Positions 40,326-49,645 of a DNA stretch of 64,000 bases are shown piece by piece. A program made the translations under genes and the position numbers. The stretch lies in contig JBDRRF010000057.1 in assembly GCA_043825875.1 (NCBI GenBank), positions 24,240 through 88,239 of the forward strand, read 5' to 3'. The stretch comes from Pseudomonadota bacterium (GTDB lineage Bacteria > Desulfobacterota > Desulfobacteria > Desulfobacterales > RPRI01). The notes under the pieces are model-generated. The model was not told the DNA's origin, did no database searches, and saw nothing but the letters and a program-made list of their open reading frames with translations. Each line of letters begins with the position of its first letter. Positions within the stretch are counted from its first letter, which is position 1.

Positions 40326-40613
40326 ATGTTTATGGATTACAAGATATTGACAACCACCTTTATGATGGTTTTTCTTGCGGAACTTGGAGACAAAACACAG
40401 CTTGCAACATTTTGTTTAAGCGCTGAAAATAATTCAAAGCTTTCCGTATTTTTAGGTTCTGCCGGTGCGCTTGTTTTAAGTTCACTTATAGCGGTTCTAT
40501 GCGGAACCGCTATAAGCAGGTTAATACCTGTAAACTACATCAAAATAGCAGCGGGTGTGTTTTTTATCGCAGTAGGTGCATGGACTATTTATAGCGTGGT
40601 AAAAGCCGCTTAA
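40326..40613 (+). CDS. TMEM165/GDT1 (UPF0016) single-repeat protein
   Basis: AELGDKTQ, 3 TM. Confidence 0.88.
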   Translation: MFMDYKILTTTFMMVFLAELGDKTQLATFCLSAENNSKLSVFLGSAGALVLSSLIAVLCGTAISRLIPVNYIKIAAGVFFIAVGAWTIYSVVKAA

Positions 40614-41129
40614 TCACATAAGCCCGGTTACAGCTTTAATTACAGCATCATAATCGGGCTCATCAGCAATTTCTTTCACAATTTGTATATACTGAATAAT
40701 TCCTTTTTTATCCACTACAAAAACAGCCCTTGCAAGCAGCCTCAACTCTTTTATCAAAACACCGTATGCTTTACCAAAAGAAGCATTCATATGATCAGAA
40801 AGAGTAATAACCTTGTCCACACCGGCAGCCCCGCACCAACGTTTCTGGGCAAATGGCAGATCCATGCTTATTGTTAAGATAACAACATCATTGCCAAGTT
40901 TGCCAGCTTCAGTATTAAACCGCCTGGTTTCCATATCGCAAACAGGAGTATCAAGCGAAGGCACTGATGAGATAATACAAACCTTTCCGGAAAAAGATGA
41001 TAAACTTGCAGCTTTCATGTCATTATCGGTAACTTCAAAATCCGGCGCTTTATCTCCGACATTTAAACTTTGACCGACAAGAGTCAATGGATTTTTCTTC
41101 ATTGTTACCAATCCGGTTCTTTCCTGCAT
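40614..41129 (-). CDS. tpx: Thiol peroxidase
   Basis: VPSLDTPVC, SMDLPFAQKRWC, EPDY. Confidence 0.95.
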   Translation of the reverse strand: MQERTGLVTMKKNPLTLVGQSLNVGDKAPDFEVTDNDMKAASLSSFSGKVCIISSVPSLDTPVCDMETRRFNTEAGKLGNDVVILTISMDLPFAQKRWCGAAGVDKVITLSDHMNASFGKAYGVLIKELRLLARAVFVVDKKGIIQYIQIVKEIADEPDYDAVIKAVTGLM

Positions 41130-41158
41130 TTTGGCCTCCTTGCTTATGTGGTGATTAT

Positions 41159-41482
41159 TTAATCTTCTTTATTAGGAATTATAATTACCCTCTTTTGCGG
41201 ATCTTTATTTTGTTTATAAAACGTTGCAATATGCCCGATAATCCCTGCAAGTTCGCATTCAGCCATTCTTTCGATTTCAGACGATATTTCATCTTTCATC
41301 TCTTTTTCTTTAAAATCAAGAAATTTGACTTTTATAAGTTCGTGTATTTCAAGAGCATCGGAAACCGATTGTATAAGAGATTCCGTTAATCCCTTTTGAC
41401 CTACAAAAACATACGGCTTAAGCTTGTGTGCGAGGCCTCTTAAATATTTTTTCTGGTAACCTTTTAATTTTTTCAAAAGCAT
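41159..41482 (-). CDS. yhbY: YhbY/CRM RNA-binding protein
   Basis: LRGLAHKLKP, HELIKVK, IIGH. Confidence 0.9.
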   Translation of the reverse strand: MLLKKLKGYQKKYLRGLAHKLKPYVFVGQKGLTESLIQSVSDALEIHELIKVKFLDFKEKEMKDEISSEIERMAECELAGIIGHIATFYKQNKDPQKRVIIIPNKED

Positions 41483-41486
41483 CCTT

Positions 41487-42317
41487 TCATTTTTCTACCT
41501 TTATTGAAATCGAAAAATTTGATTCCCTATCATTTCCACCACTTGCAAAAAAAGTTTGCAATACTTCATTTTGTTTTTTGTCTGCACCACCTACTGTAAC
41601 CCACTTGCCCAAAGGCACATCCAAAGAAGTGGCTGCCTCGCTATATCTGATTATGCCTCCATGTTTGCCTCTATGATGATCAGCATCTGATATTCTCGGA
41701 ACAATTTTTACATAGGCCCGATCACCTCTTATTATCGGGGTTATTTCAAAACCGGTTTCAACATTTTCATAAACAACCGTGTCCATTGCAACAGGGTGCC
41801 TTTTGTTAAGGTTTACCCATCTTTCACGGTAAGGAACCCTTTGGCCGGTTACAATATAAGCCGGACTTCCCGAAGCAGTTCTTACGAAATATTGCCTGCC
41901 AGTGCTTTTTCTTTTGTTACTATCTTTTAAACGAACATCCACCCCATCGGATTTTCTTCCCGAAGAGATTTTCCAGTTTTTCCCATGCACACCGCCTTTT
42001 ACTGCAACAGCCCTGTTTTCATCGATTTCATTTTCATTAAATCTTATAGTTATTTTCGCCTGCTCAATTGCTTTGTCAAATTTTTTCATTACCTGAAGAA
42101 TTCTTGCAACCGATTCCTCGCTATCTTTTACAACAAGAGAATTTGTCCGCTGATCCATAGTTACAGAGCCATCTTGCGTAAGCAGATTTTCAACTATCAT
42201 AAGAGCATCATCTGCACTGCGATAATGAACCTGTATTATTTCAACTGTATCTGCAAAGCATACGCAGTAACTAAAAAACCATAATATTACGATTTTAAAA
42301 AAGGATATTGTTTTCAT
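41487..42317 (-). CDS. Small secretin-like protein (N-domain plus short secretin-like region)
   Basis: Signal peptide, DQRTNSLVVKD, TGFEITP, VPLGKWVTVGG. Confidence 0.65.
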   Translation of the reverse strand: MKTISFFKIVILWFFSYCVCFADTVEIIQVHYRSADDALMIVENLLTQDGSVTMDQRTNSLVVKDSEESVARILQVMKKFDKAIEQAKITIRFNENEIDENRAVAVKGGVHGKNWKISSGRKSDGVDVRLKDSNKRKSTGRQYFVRTASGSPAYIVTGQRVPYRERWVNLNKRHPVAMDTVVYENVETGFEITPIIRGDRAYVKIVPRISDADHHRGKHGGIIRYSEAATSLDVPLGKWVTVGGADKKQNEVLQTFFASGGNDRESNFSISIKVEK

Positions 42318-42555
42318 ATAAATCCCTTATCAATCTTTTTGCACATCTTGAAAACACAACTGCGGTTTTAATTGAATTATCTCTTTTTTAAAGGTATATG
42401 GCAACTATAGATTTAAGACACGGCTGCTTCAAAGATGTTTTTTGTTGTCAACTTAACCTTGACATAAAAAGAACTCATGGTAATATGCATAAAAAATGTA
42501 GCCCAACTAATTGTTATGCTTCATTCTCTTAAATAATATTTGCTGGAGAAGGATC

Positions 42556-43617
42556 ATGCCTAAAAAGAATCCATTTTCAAAAACTGCCAGATGCAGTTTT
42601 TTATTTATAATAGCACTATCAATATTATGCAGTGTTTTCTGCCCGGAATTTTTATACGCTGAAAACATCCCTGCGAAAAAAATTATTATTAAAGATAAAT
42701 TTACTCCTGCTCCAGGGCCGACAATCGGAAAAATTCTTTATGTAAAACCCAATGTTATTATAATTCATTCCGATAAAAGATGCGGATACAAAGCCAAAAA
42801 GAATCTCCCCCTTTTTTCCGGAGACAGGCTTATCACGCAGGATACTGGGCGCATTGAAATCGGTTTAAACGATGGAAGCACTTTGATTCTTTCTCCTAAA
42901 ACAGATATGGAATTATCTGAAAATGTTTATGACCATCAAAAGAAGATAAGATCCTCATTGATAAATATGTATCTTGGAAAAGCTCGTTTTCTCGTTACAA
43001 AACTTGTAAAATTCAGACTGTCTGCTTTTAAAGTAAGGACACCAACAGCTATAGCCGGGGTACGGGGTTCCGATTTTGTCATTACAGCATCTCCCATTTC
43101 TACAGAAATAGCGGCCCTGGCAAAAACAAGCCTTGAAGTTGCAAGTACAAAATCTCCGTATAACATCACTTTTCTTTCCGATTTCAAGAAGGTATCTGTT
43201 GGAAAAGATGCCCTGCCCTCTTCAGTCGAAAAAATTTCGGCAGAAGAAATTGATCTGATCCTGAAGGAATTTCAGCCATCACCAGGTTCCAATATATCCG
43301 AAGGGAGTGCTATTATTAACAGCCTTTCTGAAAAAGGTCTGACAAACATTGCAATAGGAAAAGGAAGCGAGGCTAACCTTGGCAATGTAAAAATAAAAGG
43401 CTCCAATATCAAAGGTGCGATAATCAATAACGCATCGGGTTCAAATATGACGAATATCGCTATAGGAAAAGACAGCAAAGCAAATCTTGGCTCTGTTACA
43501 GTTGAAGATTCAGATGTAAAGGGTGCAATAGTAAATAAAAGCAAGGGAACAAATGTTACTAATGTCGCCGCAGGAACCGATGCAGAAGCGAACACTAGTT
43601 CTGTTATAATTGAATAA
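42556..43617 (+). CDS. FecR-domain protein with C-terminal 36-aa repeats
   Basis: GDRLIT, LNDGSTL, TPTAIAGVRGSDF; TTGACA-16-TAATAT at 42459-42486. Confidence 0.8.
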   Translation: MPKKNPFSKTARCSFLFIIALSILCSVFCPEFLYAENIPAKKIIIKDKFTPAPGPTIGKILYVKPNVIIIHSDKRCGYKAKKNLPLFSGDRLITQDTGRIEIGLNDGSTLILSPKTDMELSENVYDHQKKIRSSLINMYLGKARFLVTKLVKFRLSAFKVRTPTAIAGVRGSDFVITASPISTEIAALAKTSLEVASTKSPYNITFLSDFKKVSVGKDALPSSVEKISAEEIDLILKEFQPSPGSNISEGSAIINSLSEKGLTNIAIGKGSEANLGNVKIKGSNIKGAIINNASGSNMTNIAIGKDSKANLGSVTVEDSDVKGAIVNKSKGTNVTNVAAGTDAEANTSSVIIE

Positions 43618-43641
43618 AAGATATTGATGGAATAATACCGC

Positions 43642-45204
43642 TTGAACAAATCCGGCATTAAAATAATACTTGCTGTAATAAGCGGCATACTCCTTACAGC
43701 TTCTTTCCCAAGGATAGATTTATCATGGCTTGCCTGGCTTGCTCTTGTTCCCCTTCTTGCAGCAATAAACAATCTTGGATTTAAGCAAAGCTTTAAGCTG
43801 GGACTGTTAACCGGCCTGGTGCATTATATCACGCTGCTTTACTGGCTTTCGTATACAATGGGAACATACGGACATCTTCCCCCATACCTTTGCCTTCCAA
43901 TACTTTTTATTTTTTCTTTATATCTTGCCCTTTATATAGCTTTGTTTTCAGGGTTGGCAACAAAGTTGATTAACAAACCGGCATACCTTTTTATTTTAAT
44001 CCCTGCTTTATGGGTTTGCATTGAATACATCAGATCCAATCTTTTTACGGGTTTTCCCTGGGAACTTATCGCATATTCACAATATAAGTCATTGCACATT
44101 ATACAGGTTGCAGATATATTAGGATCATATGGAGTGTCTTTCCTGATAACCTTATCCAATACAGCGGTTTTTGTTCTGTTTCTGTTTCTGGCTAAAATAA
44201 AATGGCAGGGAAAAAGGATATCTTTTAAAGATGTTGCAATATCAATGCTTTTATTTATATTTGTTTTTTCTGGATGCTGGTATTATGGAAAAGAGCGGAT
44301 AAATGAAATTGATAAAATCGCATCGGGTTCTGAAAAAATCAGGGTATCTGTAATACAGGGTAATATAAAGCAAACTGAAAAATGGGACCCTGCATTTCAG
44401 CTATCAACTATAAAAAAGTATAAAAATTTATCCAGCTCTGTTACGCTCAACAAACCCGATCTTGTCGTATGGCCGGAAACAGCGGCTCCTTTTTACTTTA
44501 TTTACGATACGGGTTTGACAAAAATTGTGCAGAATGTTGTTTCTGAAACAAAAACTAATTTCTTGATAGGCAGTCCCTCTTTTATAAGAAAAACGGACAA
44601 AATTGAGTATTATAATACTGCGTACCTACTTGGTCCTGATGGAAATGTAACCGGTAAATATAACAAGTCACACCTTGTCCCTTTTGGTGAATATGTCCCT
44701 TTAAAAAAGTGGCTTCCCTTTATAGGAAAAATTGTAGAAAATGTGGGCGATTTTTGTTCAGGCAAAAAAGGAAGCACAGTAAGTTTAAACGGTAATAACC
44801 TCGGTGTGCTTATATGTTATGAGCTTATTTTTCCTTATCTTGCAAGGGAACAAGTTAAAAACGGAGCAGGGCTGCTTGTAAATATTACAAATGACGCATG
44901 GTACGGAACAACAAGTGCACCATATCAGCATTTTTCAATGGCAGTGTTCAGAGCCGTTGAAAACAGGCGCTCATTAGCAAGAGCGGCTAACACCGGAATA
45001 AGCGGATTTATTGACCCTGTGGGCAGAATAATTTATTCCACAAATCTTTTTGAAGATGCCACCATGACAAAAACCGTTCCTGTATTAACCGGAAAAACTT
45101 TTTATACGCATTACGGAGATTTATTTGCATTTGCCTGTATGGCAATAGTAATATCATTTTTTATGATAATATTATTAAAGAATAAACAGCATCAAAACCA
45201 ATAA
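43642..45204 (+). CDS. lnt: Apolipoprotein N-acyltransferase
   Basis: GFPW, VWPET, HLVPFGEY, ICYE, NDAW, RAVENRR. Confidence 0.95.
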   Translation: MNKSGIKIILAVISGILLTASFPRIDLSWLAWLALVPLLAAINNLGFKQSFKLGLLTGLVHYITLLYWLSYTMGTYGHLPPYLCLPILFIFSLYLALYIALFSGLATKLINKPAYLFILIPALWVCIEYIRSNLFTGFPWELIAYSQYKSLHIIQVADILGSYGVSFLITLSNTAVFVLFLFLAKIKWQGKRISFKDVAISMLLFIFVFSGCWYYGKERINEIDKIASGSEKIRVSVIQGNIKQTEKWDPAFQLSTIKKYKNLSSSVTLNKPDLVVWPETAAPFYFIYDTGLTKIVQNVVSETKTNFLIGSPSFIRKTDKIEYYNTAYLLGPDGNVTGKYNKSHLVPFGEYVPLKKWLPFIGKIVENVGDFCSGKKGSTVSLNGNNLGVLICYELIFPYLAREQVKNGAGLLVNITNDAWYGTTSAPYQHFSMAVFRAVENRRSLARAANTGISGFIDPVGRIIYSTNLFEDATMTKTVPVLTGKTFYTHYGDLFAFACMAIVISFFMIILLKNKQHQNQ

Positions 45205-45219
45205 ACAGGAGAAAATAAA

Positions 45220-46318
45220 ATGTCTTACGAAATAAAACAAAGCTTAAAGGATATCAGTCTGAAATTAGAAGAACTAAAGTACTGTCTTTGACTTAGATAA
45301 CAAGGAAAAAAGATTAAACGAAATAGAGTTTTTAATATCAAAAGATACTTTCTGGGAAAACCATGATAATACAACCCCTCTTCTTAAGGAAAGAAGACTT
45401 CTTGCTGGAAAAGTTGAAAGTTTCAAAAGCCTTGCCAAAGATCTGGAAGAAAGTGAAATACTTCATAATCTCGCAATAGAAGAGTCCGATTCTAAAACCA
45501 TTGAAGAAGTTTCCGGCCTGATCCAAACTCTTAAGGCAAAAATAAAAGGCTTAACTCTTACCCTCATGTTAGACGGTGAAGACGATCCGAATAACGCCAT
45601 TGTTTCCATAAATGCCGGTGCAGGCGGAACCGAAGCTCAGGACTGGGCTGAAAAACTCTTTAGAATGTATACAAGATGGGTTGAACAAAAAGGTTTCAAG
45701 TTTAACCTTATTGATTTTCAGCCGGGTGATGAGGCCGGAATAAAAAGCGTAACCTTCACTGTTGAAGGAGAATATGCTTACGGATACCTGAAAACAGAAA
45801 TAGGCGTACACAGACTTGTCAGAATTTCCCCTTTTAATGCAAACGGAAAAAGACATACTTCTTTCGCTTCAGTTTTTGTATATCCGGAACTTGACAATGA
45901 CATAGAAATTGATATCGACGAAAAAGACATACGGATAGATATATTTAGAGCAAGCGGTGCCGGCGGTCAGCATGTCAATAAAACAAGCAGCGCTATCCGA
46001 ATAACCCATATGCCAACTGGCATAGTTGTTCAATGCCAGCAGGAAAGATCTCAGCATAAAAACAAAGATATGGCAATGAGCGTTTTAAAATCGCGCCTGT
46101 ACCAGCTTGAAAAGCAGAAACAGGATGATAAGATGCAAGAGATCCATGACAGTAAAGAAGAAATTGCATGGGGAAGTCAGATCAGGTCATATGTACTTCA
46201 TCCTTATCAGTTGATAAAAGATCACAGAACAAATCTTGAAACAGGAAATACAGCCGCTGTTCTTGACGGGGCAATTGATCCTTTTATAGAAGGTGTTCTT
46301 CTTTCCCGGAAAACATAA
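45220..46318 (+). CDS. prfB: Release factor 2 with programmed +1 frameshift
   Basis: 23 codons, then CTT TGA C at 45286-45292; the +1 frame joins the ORF bearing SPF and GGQ. Confidence 0.95.
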
Positions 46319-46332
46319 AAGGATTTTTATAA

Positions 46333-46896
46333 ATGCTGCAAAAAGCCTTAATTGATCCGATAGAAATAATCAGTAATTATTACGATCCTGATTCGAGATT
46401 GTTTTATATTCTTATGCAACATAATGAACATGTATTACAAAAAGCTCTTGATGCAGCATCTAAGGTACCACATCTTAAACCGGATCTGGATTTTATAAAA
46501 GAAGCAGCTCTTTTACATGACATAGGAATTATTAAAACGGATGCGCCAAATCTTGGCTGCTTCGGCAAATACCCTTATATACAGCACGGTGATCTTGGCC
46601 GCATGATTCTTGAAGATATCGGTCTTTTTCCGCATGCTCTTGTTTGTGACAGGCATATGGGAGTTGGAATGTCAAAAGAAGAAATTGCAAAAAACGGACT
46701 TCCACTTCCTGCGCGCGATATGATTCCCTTATCAATCGAGGAACAGATCGTATCCTATGCCGACAAGTTTTTTACAAAAAACTGGGAGCGTATTGTAGTA
46801 AAAAATTCCGTTGATAAGATAATTAATCAGCTTGAATCATACGGTGGAACAGGTTACTCAAACAAATTCAAATCATGGTTGGAAATGTTTGGATAA
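46333..46896 (+). CDS. HD-domain protein
   Basis: H...LLHDIG...H...RH...ADKF. Confidence 0.85.
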   Translation: MLQKALIDPIEIISNYYDPDSRLFYILMQHNEHVLQKALDAASKVPHLKPDLDFIKEAALLHDIGIIKTDAPNLGCFGKYPYIQHGDLGRMILEDIGLFPHALVCDRHMGVGMSKEEIAKNGLPLPARDMIPLSIEEQIVSYADKFFTKNWERIVVKNSVDKIINQLESYGGTGYSNKFKSWLEMFG

Positions 46897-46899
46897 TAT

Positions 46900-48510
46900 A
46901 TGCTTCGTGAACATCTTAAAAAAGCTCTTCGCTTTTATTTTATTACAGACGATTCGGCTCCAGCGCTTAAGCCGTTGGAGCAGGCGCAGATTGCGATAAG
47001 AGCAGGAGCCGGTATTATCCAGTACAGGAATAAATTATTTTCTCCCGTTTATTATAACGAAGCAAAAGCAATAAGAGATATTTGCAGATGCAACGGAGTT
47101 TTCTTTATTGTAAATGATAATATACTTCTTGCAAAACTTTTAAAAGCAGACGGAGTCCACCTTGGCCAGGATGATGAGCCTGCTTCTGCTGCAAGAATAA
47201 TTCTTGGCTTAGATGCTATTATCGGAACATCAGTTTCAAGCACTGACGAACTTTATAATACCGATCTTTCGGAGTGTGATTATATAGGAACCGGGCCTGT
47301 TTTTGCCACAAGTACCAAAAAAGACGCAAAAAAGGTGATCGGACTTTCAGGACTAAAATCCGTAACGGAACAGTCACCTGTTCCTGTTGTAGCAATTGGA
47401 GGGATAGATGCTTTGTCCGCCCCCTCTTGTTTTGATAACGGGGTAGCAGGCGTTGCTGTTATCAGCTCTGTTTCAAGAGCTTTTGATCCTATGCAAAGCG
47501 CTTTAAAGCTTGGAGCAGCCTGCTCTTCTTCTCCGCGCTTCTTTATTGAAAGCCCATGGAGTTCAGAATCAGGGCCTGGTGAATTCGGGCTTATTGAAAA
47601 CCTAATAAAAACCATCCCGGTAAATTCAAAAATAATAGTTTCCACCGGTGATGATGCTTGTCTTTTAACTTCTCTTTCAAATCCTGTAATTACTACTGAT
47701 ACGCAAAGAGAAGGGGTTCATTTCAGGCTAAACTGGCAAAGCCCTTATGAAATAGGAATCAAAGCAGTTGAAGTTACCTTAAGCGATCTTGCAGCAAGTT
47801 ATGCAAGGCCCGTATCGCTTTTCATCAATCTTTGTCTTCCCGCTTATGTTTCGGGGAGCATGATAGAAGAAATATATAAAGGCGCTCTTTTTACCTTAAA
47901 CAAATATGATTGCGCCCTTGCTGGAGGAAATGTTTCATCGGGAAGCGAACTTGCTCTTGATCTTTTTGCAGTAGGTGAAGCAAATATTGATATTTTCCCT
48001 AAACGTTCAAATGCTAAACCGGAATATGGACTATACTGCACCGGCCATTTAGGCCTTGCCCGTGCAGGACTTGAATTATTAAATAATAATGATTTGGCTT
48101 TCCCAGATCTTATTTTAAATTTCAAGTTTCCTAAAGCAAGATTTGATGCAGCCCTAATTCTTGCAGAAGCAGGAATCGACTGCGTTATGGATATAAGCGA
48201 CGGGCTTTCCGGTGATGCCGGTCATATTGCAAAAGCGTCGGAAGTAACAATAGAACTTGATCTTAAATCATGCCCTGTTTCTTCTTCTCTTTTATCATAT
48301 TGTCAAAAATATGAAAAGCGCCCCAAAGAAATAATAGCAAACGGTGGAGAAGATTACGAACTTCTTTTTGCTTGTCATCCAGATATTTACAAATTAATTG
48401 AAGAAAAGCTTAATACTTCTTTTCAGATAGGAAGATGTATTCCCTTTAATGGAAAATATATCATAAGCCCTTTTAAAATTGGCTCCTTTTGCCATGGGGA
48501 AAAATTATGA
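46900..48510 (+). CDS. Fused thiamine-phosphate synthase / thiamine-monophosphate kinase (ThiE-ThiL)
   Basis: QYR, VND, GVHLGQDD, AIGGI; then GEFGLI, GDDA, LSDLAA, DISDGL, GGEDYEL. Confidence 0.88.
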   Translation: MLREHLKKALRFYFITDDSAPALKPLEQAQIAIRAGAGIIQYRNKLFSPVYYNEAKAIRDICRCNGVFFIVNDNILLAKLLKADGVHLGQDDEPASAARIILGLDAIIGTSVSSTDELYNTDLSECDYIGTGPVFATSTKKDAKKVIGLSGLKSVTEQSPVPVVAIGGIDALSAPSCFDNGVAGVAVISSVSRAFDPMQSALKLGAACSSSPRFFIESPWSSESGPGEFGLIENLIKTIPVNSKIIVSTGDDACLLTSLSNPVITTDTQREGVHFRLNWQSPYEIGIKAVEVTLSDLAASYARPVSLFINLCLPAYVSGSMIEEIYKGALFTLNKYDCALAGGNVSSGSELALDLFAVGEANIDIFPKRSNAKPEYGLYCTGHLGLARAGLELLNNNDLAFPDLILNFKFPKARFDAALILAEAGIDCVMDISDGLSGDAGHIAKASEVTIELDLKSCPVSSSLLSYCQKYEKRPKEIIANGGEDYELLFACHPDIYKLIEEKLNTSFQIGRCIPFNGKYIISPFKIGSFCHGEKL

Positions 48511-49322
48511 AAACAGCTTTAACAATAGCAGGCTCAGACCCTTGTGGCGGTGCAGGAATACAGGCCGATCTTAAAACTTTCGCTGCTCATGGTGTTTACG
48601 GTACAAGCGTAATAACTGCTGTAACAGTACAAAACACTTTAAAAGTTTATAGCGTACAGGAGATCAATCCCGATATAGTATATGACCAGATCATATATCT
48701 CTTTGATGATATACGTATTGATGCAGTTAAAATAGGGATGGTTTCAAGCATAGAACTTATCGAAACAATTGCTGCCGCATTAAAAAAAGTCAAAGCTTTA
48801 GCAATTGTTCTTGATCCTGTTATGATTTCAAAAAGCGGATACAGTCTTTTAAACACTGATGCCGGAAATGCTCTTGTAAAAAATTTATTCCCACTTGCAG
48901 AAGTTGTAACTCCTAATATTTTTGAAGCCGAAGCTCTTACAGGAAGTAAAATATCAACGCTGAAAGAAATGAAACTTGCAGCAGCAAAAATATTAAATTT
49001 CGGTGCAAAGAAAGTGGTTGTTAAAGGAGGGCATCTTGAAAAAGAACAGGCAATAGATATACTGTTTGATGGAAACATCTATACGGAATTAACAGCGCAA
49101 AGAATAGAAACAAAAAACACTCACGGAACCGGCTGCACCTTTTCTTCGGCTATAGCTGCAAATCTTGCTAAGGGCATGGGCTTTAAAGAAGCCGTTTCAA
49201 ATGCAAAAATTTACATCTCCAAAGCTATAGAGCATTCACTTAATATCGGGCACGGTCATGGCCCAGTTGATCACTTTTTTAATTTTCCGTCAAATTTTCC
49301 CACTAAAGCGCCAATTACATGA
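48507..49322 (+). CDS. thiD: HMP/HMP-P kinase
   Basis: TIAGSD, GGAGIQADLK, DPVM, THGTGC. Confidence 0.95.
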   Translation: MKTALTIAGSDPCGGAGIQADLKTFAAHGVYGTSVITAVTVQNTLKVYSVQEINPDIVYDQIIYLFDDIRIDAVKIGMVSSIELIETIAAALKKVKALAIVLDPVMISKSGYSLLNTDAGNALVKNLFPLAEVVTPNIFEAEALTGSKISTLKEMKLAAAKILNFGAKKVVVKGGHLEKEQAIDILFDGNIYTELTAQRIETKNTHGTGCTFSSAIAANLAKGMGFKEAVSNAKIYISKAIEHSLNIGHGHGPVDHFFNFPSNFPTKAPIT

Positions 49323-49430
49323 CACCATTATCCTAAGCTTTATGCCAATAACACATGAAAACTATATTATATATGCAAATTTAAACAAATTTTATTTTAT
49401 ATTTTAATTGCTTATAATCAATAATATTGT

Positions 49431-49446
49431 TGGCACATTATATGCT
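49431..49446 (+). promoter_or_regulatory. Sigma-54 promoter ahead of the receptor array
   Basis: TGGCACATTATATGCT (GG-N10-GC). Confidence 0.7.
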
Positions 49447-49645
49447 GTTCACATCTATTTATAAGTAGATATAAATTGATAGTGCCGTAAAAAACCCAAC
49501 TCGTCATGCCGAGCTTAATCTGACATTAATAACTTATTTAATTAACTGGATATAGGCTATGGTAGCTATGATGAAAACTGGCATTTTACGTCTTAATATG
49601 AATTAGTTTGTTTGCCTTTATTTGGAAGCATAAAAAGTATGGGAT

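Noticed and set aside
45566..46318. Truncated RF2 or pseudogene
   Set aside because: Explained by the programmed frameshift at 45286-45292
46319..46900. TPP riboswitch for the thi genes
   Set aside because: Almost no intergenic space and no recognisable motif
49500..49526. REP-like remnant GTCATGCCGAGCTTAATCTGACAT
   Set aside because: Single degenerate copy, not enough support
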